Shown: positions 25,132-32,000 of the stretch, piece after piece
Layout of the letters: each line of letters opens with the position of its first letter
Position numbering within the stretch: position 1 is the stretch's first letter
Assembly: GCA_025340205.1 (NCBI GenBank)
Contig: CP006868.1
Location: 600,001 to 632,000 of the forward strand
Length of the DNA: 32,000 bases
Source: Ignicoccus pacificus DSM 13166
GTDB taxonomy: Archaea; Thermoproteota; Thermoprotei_A; Sulfolobales; Ignicoccaceae
Direction: 5' to 3'
Made by a program: the position numbers and the translations under genes
The notes under the pieces: model-generated
What the model saw: the letters and a program-made list of their open reading frames with translations, nothing else
Databases searched by the model: none
Told to the model about the DNA's origin: nothing

Positions 25132-26331
25132 TTAGAAGGGTTTGCGAAAGATAGTGTCGCTCCAGTCCTCTGAGAGCTTAACCCTACCGAAGCTGAGGTA
25201 CTTCGGCTCCCCCTGAAAGCACGTCCTAACCTTAACGAGCTTCTCTTGATACCTTATCCTAACCACCTCCCCCAGCACCTCGTTCCCACTTCCGTCGCCT
25301 AAGGCGACTAAGAGTCCTCTCTCCTCGCCCTCCTCTATCACTTCCACCTCTTTCACCTTCCTATACTTAGATCCTTTCCTAACCACTGCTATTACCTTCT
25401 TGTTATAAGGAACTACTATTAATGGTTTAGTACCTATGAGTTTGGTCACCGCTTCCTTCAGCTCCTCTCCTCCCCAAGGAGAGTTGAAGATGATGGAGTA
25501 GAGGGGATGCACTTCTTTCAAATCTATGTCTATGGTCTTACACCCTTCCAAGGCCTTCCTATACTTTTCCTTTCTTATCCCTCTCCTATCCTCCCTGCTC
25601 CTGGACCTTCCCGTAGAAGGGGGCAAGGAAAGCACCTTCCAAGGTCCTTGGGTCCACCAAGGAGGCTCTCCCATGTATATCACCAGCTCCGGTCTCACCG
25701 CCTCCAACAAGGAGCGCTTGTAGTAGCCAGCGTCAAATCCCTCAACCCAACCGTCGGTGTCGAGGACGTAGCTCGAGGAGGTCAAGGAAGCGACCGCCCC
25801 TATAACTCTCGACTGACACACTGCTGGAGTTATCGTCCCCGTGAACTTGCTTACTTGAGGCACCAAGTCGTTTAAAGTAAAGATGTAATCCTTAGCTTTA
25901 GTTTTACAGACAGTTGTTGGAAGGCAAAAGTTGCTTTGACCTACGTCAGAGTTTATTATTTCGATTTCCTTCCCCTTATTGAGCATGATGTTTACTAAGG
26001 TAGCCGTAACGCTGCTCTTCCCGCTATCCGTAGGTCCTAGTATAACCACCCTCTCAGCGTCGACCTCGTTCAGCTTATCCTCCCACACCTTTGATACGTT
26101 GTAATCTGTCAGCTTAACCTCTGATGTGGACGTTAAGGATACACTAACTTTCATGTCCTCGAGGGCCCTCACCACGTAGGTCCTCCACTGAGGAACAATG
26201 ATGAAGTCGCTTTTGCTCAAGACCTTTCCCATAAGCGTTCCCTTTCCTTCCACAACCCTCAGAGCAGCGGGTCCCGATATCTCCAAGAACTTGCCCTGTG
26301 GAATTAGAATTTCCTTATGATCTATCATCAT
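25132..26331 (-). CDS. Clp1/Grc3-family polynucleotide 5'-hydroxyl kinase (archaeal Clp1 homologue)
   Basis: An N-terminal beta domain is followed by Walker A GPTDSGKSS and an NSDVGQS motif (D-x-GQ). Confidence 0.8.
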   Translation of the reverse strand: MMIDHKEILIPQGKFLEISGPAALRVVEGKGTLMGKVLSKSDFIIVPQWRTYVVRALEDMKVSVSLTSTSEVKLTDYNVSKVWEDKLNEVDAERVVILGPTDSGKSSVTATLVNIMLNKGKEIEIINSDVGQSNFCLPTTVCKTKAKDYIFTLNDLVPQVSKFTGTITPAVCQSRVIGAVASLTSSSYVLDTDGWVEGFDAGYYKRSLLEAVRPELVIYMGEPPWWTQGPWKVLSLPPSTGRSRSREDRRGIRKEKYRKALEGCKTIDIDLKEVHPLYSIIFNSPWGGEELKEAVTKLIGTKPLIVVPYNKKVIAVVRKGSKYRKVKEVEVIEEGEERGLLVALGDGSGNEVLGEVVRIRYQEKLVKVRTCFQGEPKYLSFGRVKLSEDWSDTIFRKPF

Positions 26332-26445
26332 TTCTTCATCCCCTATGAGGCCTCTGTTAAGAGCGTTAATGTGGAGGCGCTAAATCTGAGTGGTTCCTTC
26401 CCTAATTTATATAATCCTAGAAGGGTAGAAGGTAAGCGATGGAGA

Positions 26446-27018
26446 ATGATAAGAGATACTTTCTCTTATTGTAACGAGCTGAGCATGGAATGTGGTACCG
26501 CCACCACGCTCCTAGAGCTGGCCTCCCGCGTCTCAATCTGTCCCTATTCAAGGGAGATTAGGGAAGTGACTAGAAAAGCAGAGGAGTTGATTGAACGACT
26601 GCTAACGCTTAATGAAGATTTAAATAAGGCTATGAAGAAGGGTCGATCCGATCTGTTCCTGGACATGCTATCATTAATTCAAAACAACATAACTTCCCTT
26701 AACAAGGAGCTCAACGAGCTCTTAAAGAAGCTCGATCAGAGTTGCAAGAAAGATGGTAGGTGTTGCGTAGCAGAGGAATTGATAGAAAAAGCAATTAAGA
26801 ACTTAGATTCATGTTTAGAGAAGACGAAGGAAAGTATAAGTAAGATGAGGAACATAATGGGTCTCTGCGAGAGCTGTCTGTACTTCTCAGAGCTCACCGG
26901 CTTGTGTATAAAGATGAGGGTAAAGGTAACGGATTCCGTACCGCCGTGTAGAGGGATGTACTTCAAGCCGATAAAGGAGGAGAGGGAGGAGGTCAAGCAG
27001 ATCTCAGTGCACGCTTGA
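26446..27018 (+). CDS. Cys-rich coiled-coil hypothetical protein
   Basis: The ATG at 26446 (MIRDTFSYCNEL) is preferred over the listed 26317, which overlaps the Clp1 start region. Long Leu/Lys/Glu heptad-like stretches are punctuated by C..C pairs (CCVAEE, CESC, PPC). Confidence 0.5.
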   Translation: MIRDTFSYCNELSMECGTATTLLELASRVSICPYSREIREVTRKAEELIERLLTLNEDLNKAMKKGRSDLFLDMLSLIQNNITSLNKELNELLKKLDQSCKKDGRCCVAEELIEKAIKNLDSCLEKTKESISKMRNIMGLCESCLYFSELTGLCIKMRVKVTDSVPPCRGMYFKPIKEEREEVKQISVHA

Positions 27019-28363
27019 CCACTTCCTCGACCTCCTTGTAGATTCGCTCTAGCTCGTCGGGATCCTTACTCTCCACCATGATTCTCATAACTGGTTCCGT
27101 ACCGGAAGGCCTCACTAGGAACCAGAAGTCTTGGCAAACGACCTTGAGACCGTCTATGGTCCACTTCTCGCAGTTCGGATACATCGAGGCCAGCTGCTGG
27201 TAGAGTCTCTCGTAGTCCACTTGAGGGGGTCTGGGCACCTTGCCCTTCTTGGCGTAAGCCTTTGGCAACTCGTCGAAGAGCTTGCTGGCCTTCTTGTTCT
27301 CAAGCGCCATCATTTCGAGGAACAAGGAGGCAGTCATAGCTCCGTCTCTAACTGGGTGGTGAACGGGGTTCATGAATCCGCCGTTCTCCTCGAAGCCGCT
27401 GAGTCCTCCCTCCCTGATCAAGGTGTGAGATATTACCACGCTTCCTACAGGTGTCCATCTAACCTCTATCCCCCTTGGCCTTAGATAGCCGTCCACTACG
27501 AAGTGGGAGGAGGACACTCCGGTAAAGGTTCTCTTGGGGAGTTGTGGGTACTTCTTGGAGAGATGATAGGTTAGCAAGGAACCGGACCTGTCTCCCCAAT
27601 GAACCCTTCCGAGCTCATCTCCTATTATCGCTCTATCGGCGTCGGCATCGTGAGCCACTAACAAGTCCGCCCCTACTGCCTTCACTATCTCCGCGGTCTC
27701 CTTGAGGCTTGAAGGGGTAGGTTCCGGCTCTCTTCCGGGGAAGGAGGGATCCAAGTTGCAGTTCACACAGAGCACCTTCACTCCAAGAGCCTTGAGGACT
27801 TGAGGCGTGGTGAGTGCCCCAACGCTGTTAGCTGCGTCAACGACCACCTTGTAGCCTTTCTTCCTTATGACCTCAACGTCGACTTCGTCCACTACTCCCT
27901 TCACGTAGGTGGATATGATCCTCTTCTCCTCTTTCCATCCCTTCACTTGATTGAACGATGCTCTCTTGAAACGCTCACTGAAAATTATCTCCTCTATCTC
28001 CCTCTCGCTCTCCCTTGGGAGCTCGACGCCGTTGGCTCCAATTACCTTGATGCCGTTGTAAGGAGGGGGATTGTGAGAGGCAGTAATCATTATTCCCATA
28101 TCATATCCTAAGCGAGGAACTGCGTACTGCAAGGCCGGGGTAGGAGCGAGGCCTCCGTAGTAGACTTCACATCCACAAGATAGGAGGCCCGCGCTTACGG
28201 CGTTTACGATCATATCCCCTCCGTACCTAACGTCCCTAGCGATCAGGACCTTCCCGCCCCCCAACCAAGTACAAGCCGCTTGGGCCACCTTCATTGCAAG
28301 CTCCGGAGTCAAGGTCTCGTTTACTATTCCCCTTACTCCATCGGTTCCGAAGAGCTTACCCAT
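26993..28363 (-). CDS. Alpha-D-phosphohexomutase (archaeal phosphoglucosamine mutase / phosphomannomutase type)
   Basis: The active-site loop is ITASHNPPPYNGIK, the Mg site HDADADRAI and the sugar-binding loop GFEENGGF. The N-terminus is LFGTDGVRG. Confidence 0.9.
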   Translation of the reverse strand: MGKLFGTDGVRGIVNETLTPELAMKVAQAACTWLGGGKVLIARDVRYGGDMIVNAVSAGLLSCGCEVYYGGLAPTPALQYAVPRLGYDMGIMITASHNPPPYNGIKVIGANGVELPRESEREIEEIIFSERFKRASFNQVKGWKEEKRIISTYVKGVVDEVDVEVIRKKGYKVVVDAANSVGALTTPQVLKALGVKVLCVNCNLDPSFPGREPEPTPSSLKETAEIVKAVGADLLVAHDADADRAIIGDELGRVHWGDRSGSLLTYHLSKKYPQLPKRTFTGVSSSHFVVDGYLRPRGIEVRWTPVGSVVISHTLIREGGLSGFEENGGFMNPVHHPVRDGAMTASLFLEMMALENKKASKLFDELPKAYAKKGKVPRPPQVDYERLYQQLASMYPNCEKWTIDGLKVVCQDFWFLVRPSGTEPVMRIMVESKDPDELERIYKEVEEVVKRALRSA

Positions 28364-28449
28364 AAGCTATCTCCGTGACACAATACTACAAAGGTTATTA
28401 TTACCTCAGGCTGGGGCACCGCTCATCGAGTCGCCGGTAATACCACTCT

Positions 28450-28671
28450 TCATCGGTTCTCAACTATCAGAGGACCCCACTCTATGTATTTCTTAACTAT
28501 AAAGAAACTCTTCGCCACGACCCCCGGCTCCTCCGGCACGCTCACTATCTTCTCTCCGTCTGTCGTTATCGCCACTAACCTCGCCAGCTTTCCTTCCTTC
28601 TCAACCCAAGCGTCCTTTATCTTGCCGTTCATGGCGAGGCCCTCGATTTGGAGTAGGTCGACGCCCTCCAA
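28450..28671 (-). CDS. Small hypothetical protein (73 aa)
   Basis: Protein-like mixed composition. It is divergent from the PhoU-like gene and has a non-ATG start. Confidence 0.4.
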   Translation of the reverse strand: MEGVDLLQIEGLAMNGKIKDAWVEKEGKLARLVAITTDGEKIVSVPEEPGVVAKSFFIVKKYIEWGPLIVENR

Positions 28672-28750
28672 CTTCCCTCATGCTAGGCCTAGGAGGCGCT
28701 CAGTAATTAAGGTGGGTCTATATCGGGTATATACGTGGGAGTGAAGTGAT

Positions 28751-29680
28751 TTGATCGAACAGAGAAAGTTGGTGAAGTTGGGGAAGTCCACGCTGGTAAT
28801 CTCCTTGCCGGCCGAGTGGGTGCGCAAAAAAGGGCTTAAGGCCGGCGATACCTTGACGCTCTATATAGACGAAAACGAGATAACCATAATTCCCTCAACC
28901 CTTGGAAGCTCTCACAAGATAACAGCAACTATAAGGGTGAAGAGAATCGAAGATGAGGTTCTCTATAGAATGATAGTTTCCGCTTACATAGCCGGAGCTC
29001 AAGACATAACCATTGAGCTGGAAGATACTTCATTAATGAAGGAAGTGCTCAAACAAGTGAAGAACGCCACCTCCCATCTAATAGGTCTCGAAATGGTGGA
29101 TCAGAGTCTAAACAAGGTAGTCCTCCAAGCCTTTACCGACGTTCACGCTCAGAGCCTTGAAAGCCTAATAAATAGAATCTTGAAGTTGATGATTCTGATG
29201 CTTGATCATTTAAAAGAGGAAAAGATAGATTTGAGCTATCTAAACGACCTAGAGAATGAGATAGACAAGCTCTATAGGCTCACAATGAGGAGAGCCAACC
29301 TCACGCACGAGTTCTCCCGTTATTCCTTAACGTTCCTACCATCGTTCTTGTTAATGCTCGAGACGGTCTCAGACAGCATCATTCCACTAGCGAACGCCCT
29401 TGAAGGTAACTATAAGCAAGTGGCTGACGTAATTGAAATAACCAAGGAAACTCTCAAGTTCCTCGTTACTTACAGGATAGGACAAGGAAACGTTATGGAG
29501 ATAAATAAGAGAATAGAAGCTTTCGAACAGCTAGAGGGAGAGATCTTCCAGAGGGATCTTCCCCAAACGCTGAGGTACCGTTGCCTCAACTTCATCCACC
29601 TCTTAAAGAACGCGTTGCTAGTAGTCTTCAATATGGAAGTAGCTGAACTGATAAAGAAGTCTAAAGTGATAGTTCTTTGA
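28751..29680 (+). CDS. AbrB/SpoVT-domain plus PhoU-like regulator (archaeal phosphate uptake regulator type)
   Basis: The N-terminus KLGKSTLVISLPAEWVRKKGLKAGDTLTL is an AbrB swapped-hairpin motif. The remainder is helical repeats of PhoU size. Confidence 0.75.
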   Translation: MIEQRKLVKLGKSTLVISLPAEWVRKKGLKAGDTLTLYIDENEITIIPSTLGSSHKITATIRVKRIEDEVLYRMIVSAYIAGAQDITIELEDTSLMKEVLKQVKNATSHLIGLEMVDQSLNKVVLQAFTDVHAQSLESLINRILKLMILMLDHLKEEKIDLSYLNDLENEIDKLYRLTMRRANLTHEFSRYSLTFLPSFLLMLETVSDSIIPLANALEGNYKQVADVIEITKETLKFLVTYRIGQGNVMEINKRIEAFEQLEGEIFQRDLPQTLRYRCLNFIHLLKNALLVVFNMEVAELIKKSKVIVL

Positions 29681-29975
29681 GCTTCTTCAACCACCATTCC
29701 TTGTACTTCTCCTTGTCCTTGCTAGTCTCCCTTACAACTTCGTCTAACTTAGAATAGCATATCTTACACACCCTTATGCCAGGATTAAGCTCGACGCTAC
29801 ACTCTCTACAGATGAGTCTTCCGCAGTAGTAGCACCTGCTTACGGAGAGTCTTTCTCTGCATACTTCACACCTTCCCATCTCACATGCTGGACAAGGGTC
29901 GTGAAGAGTGCAAAGAGGTCTTCCGCAGCTTGGGCACTTTTTTGCCGATGGCCTTCCACAGTAGTAGCAACGCAA
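29661..29975 (-). CDS. Tandem treble-clef (AN1/B-box-like) zinc-finger protein with a Lys/Glu-rich tail
   Basis: There are 17 Cys and 1 His in the first 73 residues. RCYYCGR occurs twice (RCYYCGRPSAKKCPSCGRPLCTLH and RCYYCGRLICRECS). The TTG at 29975 overlaps the permease 3' end by 95 nt. An alternative ATG at 29879 would delete the first repeat. Confidence 0.6.
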   Translation of the reverse strand: MRCYYCGRPSAKKCPSCGRPLCTLHDPCPACEMGRCEVCRERLSVSRCYYCGRLICRECSVELNPGIRVCKICYSKLDEVVRETSKDKEKYKEWWLKKLKELSL

Positions 29976-30672
29976 TTGTCATTACCGATACGGAATAGCT
30001 CAGGGGAAGGAAAAGGGATAGCGTCGCCGATGCCAAGGTAAAGACAAACGTAAGCATTATTTCCTCCTTTATCGTCTGGGCGCTGTAGCCGAGCAAGAGA
30101 GCGCCCAACGAGACCACGTGAGCCAGGAGGAATCCGTGGGAAAAGGTTAGGGTCGTGCCAGTCATTATAGCAAGTAAGAAGGTAAGGCCTATCCAAAGGG
30201 AGGGCTTGAGTCCCCTTACCTCACAGTATTCGGGATCGAAGATCGAATACTTGACGTTATCGTAAAACAGCACGTAGAGCGCGAACAGAACCAGCGAGAT
30301 AGCTAACATTTCCACGAGCTCCGGAGTTGGGGCGATGAACCCAGTTACAAAGGATTGGACCATTTCGTAGTACGAGTAAGAGACGAACGATAGGGAAAGC
30401 AGAGATATGGTATAGGCTATTACCTTTAAGTAAATGATACTTATTTCCTCTTTCTTTACCACTAAGAGGAGCAGTACAGCTGAGATCACCACCACCAATG
30501 GAAGTAAGGAGGGACAACAAGCGAGAGCCAGGAGAGCTGACGCCATGGCGAAGTCCGAGGAAGCTGGAACTAAGAAGCCGCTCTTGAGCGGGATTAAGGA
30601 TTTTCCTAATCTGACCAATACCACGAAAATAGCCACATTGATTAAGAGCATACTAATGTTCATGCTGGTCAC
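29881..30672 (-). CDS. ABC-3 family (ZnuB/MntB/TroCD-like) metal transporter permease
   Basis: About 8 hydrophobic segments, ~260 aa, overlapping the upstream ZnuC-like ATPase gene by 20 nt. Confidence 0.7.
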   Translation of the reverse strand: MTSMNISMLLINVAIFVVLVRLGKSLIPLKSGFLVPASSDFAMASALLALACCPSLLPLVVVISAVLLLLVVKKEEISIIYLKVIAYTISLLSLSFVSYSYYEMVQSFVTGFIAPTPELVEMLAISLVLFALYVLFYDNVKYSIFDPEYCEVRGLKPSLWIGLTFLLAIMTGTTLTFSHGFLLAHVVSLGALLLGYSAQTIKEEIMLTFVFTLASATLSLFLPLSYSVSVMTIALLLLWKAIGKKVPKLRKTSLHSSRPLSSM

Positions 30673-31435
30673 CCAAGAGAGGATAGCATATTCCGTCGTA
30701 AGATATTACCTTCACATGTATACCATATGCCTTCATAAGGTTTTCCGTCGTGAGAACCTCCTTTGGTTTACCCACGGCTATGAGTTTCTTATTGAGTAGC
30801 GCAACTCTCTTTATTGAATCGAGTATGGGAGCTAGGTCATGGGTGACCACCACTATGGTCTTCCCTTCTTGGTTGAGCTTCCTTAGCAAGGAAGCGACTA
30901 CCCTAGAGCTGTAAGCGTCCAGGGCCGAGAACGGCTCATCTAGTAAGAGAAGCTTTGGGTCGCTCACTATAGCCCTTGCGATGAGTACCCTCTGCTTTTG
31001 ACCTCCAGATAGTTCCCGGAAGAGCTTGTAGGCTACGTCCCTCAAGTTCACGTATTCTAACGCTTTAAGGGCCTTTTCCATGGCTTTATTCCTATTGAAG
31101 AGGAATTTCTTGGTGCTTATACCCATTAGAACTACATCTATAGCCCTTAAGGGTACCTTGTCGTTCACGTTCTCCTTCTGCGGCACGTACCCTATGTTCT
31201 CGACGACGACCTTCCTGTTCTTGAAGGGATCCTCTCCGAAGACCCTTACCTCCCCCTTTTCAGGCTTGACGACGCCTAGAATCACCTTGAGGAGTGTGCT
31301 CTTTCCAGCTCCATTAGGGCCGAGGATCGCCATATAATCTTGGGAGGGAATCTCTAGGTTTATGCCTTGTAAAGCGTATTCGTTTCTAAAACGGACCCAA
31401 ACGTCCTTGAGCTCGGCGACGTTCGTGGAAATCAC
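30653..31435 (-). CDS. ABC transporter ATP-binding protein (ZnuC/MntA-like)
   Basis: Walker A is GPNGAGKST, the signature LSGGQKQR, Walker B LLLLDEP and the H-loop VTHD. The GTG start lies 1 nt after the upstream stop. Confidence 0.9.
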   Translation of the reverse strand: MISTNVAELKDVWVRFRNEYALQGINLEIPSQDYMAILGPNGAGKSTLLKVILGVVKPEKGEVRVFGEDPFKNRKVVVENIGYVPQKENVNDKVPLRAIDVVLMGISTKKFLFNRNKAMEKALKALEYVNLRDVAYKLFRELSGGQKQRVLIARAIVSDPKLLLLDEPFSALDAYSSRVVASLLRKLNQEGKTIVVVTHDLAPILDSIKRVALLNKKLIAVGKPKEVLTTENLMKAYGIHVKVISYDGICYPLLGDQHEH

Positions 31436-31436
31436 C

Positions 31437-31871
31437 TCAGAGATAGTCGTCGAAGTCCCGGACCTTCTTGCCCATCTGGCGGAACTCCTTCTCCTCCTCT
31501 TCGAGATCCTTGAGGAAGTCTTCCTCCTTTTCCTCCTTTCTCAGCGCCCACGCGCATCTTCCATCAGGTAACAAGTACTTTCTCTCACAGTAGGCATATT
31601 GACAGTTGTAGCCTATACACCTATCCCCTACGAGTCTGCACATGACGACGGTCATCATCCTTCCTTTGATATACTTCTTAGTATACATTAAGGCGTTCTG
31701 TGAACACCTGAAGAAGGGGCACGCTGGGTTGCACTTGTCCCCTACTGGCTTCGGCGTTGCGTCCCTTCTGTACCCTCTATCCCTTCTAGGTCCTCCTCCT
31801 CTTCCAGTTCCTCTTCCTCCCCTTCTTCCGCCTCTCCTGAATCCATCGTAGCTCAAGGCGTGGACCCCCAC
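31437..31871 (-). CDS. RGG-repeat / eight-Cys / acidic-tail hypothetical protein
   Basis: GTG start is preceded by AAGGAGACAAG. The N-terminus is GFRRGGRRGGRGTGRGGGPRRDRGYRRD. The centre has Cys spacing C-x3-C-x4-C...C-x6-C-x4-C-x4-C-x10-C. The C-terminus is EEKEEDFLKDLEEEEKEF...DFDDYL. Confidence 0.6.
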   Translation of the reverse strand: MGVHALSYDGFRRGGRRGGRGTGRGGGPRRDRGYRRDATPKPVGDKCNPACPFFRCSQNALMYTKKYIKGRMMTVVMCRLVGDRCIGYNCQYAYCERKYLLPDGRCAWALRKEEKEEDFLKDLEEEEKEFRQMGKKVRDFDDYL

Positions 31872-32000
31872 CTTGTCTCCTTATCTTACCTTATTGCCTA
31901 GGGCAAGTACCACTTAAAAACGATATGATGCACGTTCTCCCCTTTGATTATTGCAAGCATGAACCTCTTCCTGACGCCGTGGGCCACTCTCCCAGCCCTA

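Noticed and set aside
31925-32000. Possible + strand CDS start (ATGATGCACGTTCTC...) running off the window end
   Set aside because: Only about 25 codons are visible. There is no recognisable motif or convincing promoter spacing, so it cannot be supported.

Overview
The window looks like a compact archaeal chromosome segment, probably from a hyperthermophilic crenarchaeote or TACK-type organism. That assignment is an inference from gene content: archaemetzincin, Nep1, a UPF0148 zinc ribbon, an archaeal Clp1-type kinase, a long FKBP, a tRNA with a bulge-helix-bulge intron, TATA-like promoters and heavy GTG/TTG start use. I support about 42 protein genes and one intron-containing tRNA-Thr(CGU). 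I saw no rRNA, CRISPR array, transposase or integrase. Recognisable genes are HflX, an Lhr-type helicase, an ArsA/Get3-like ATPase, FKBP PPIase, Nep1, a [NiFe]-hydrogenase large subunit with a ferredoxin, archaemetzincin, PncA-like nicotinamidase, a UbiD-family decarboxylase beside an MqnC/MqnE-type radical SAM enzyme, a Clp1-like kinase, a phosphohexomutase, an AbrB-PhoU regulator and a ZnuBC-like ABC pair. Genes are tightly packed, with many start/stop overlaps, some unusually long (95 nt same-strand, 122 nt convergent). The best candidates for undescribed biology are: (1) a hydrogenase catalytic subunit with no small subunit, coupled only to a small ferredoxin; (2) a four-gene operon in which an RGG/8-Cys protein and a tandem zinc-finger protein flank a binding-protein-less metal ABC transporter; (3) a zinc-ribbon / HExxH-vWA / membrane-protein trio with no MoxR ATPase; (4) a GC-only hairpin cluster next to a small PD-(D/E)xK nuclease-like gene; (5) an Lhr helicase coupled to a degenerate ArsA-like ATPase; (6) a TrmB/PLD-like protein split by a hydrophobic insert. 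All functional calls rest on motifs read by eye, because no database search was possible.
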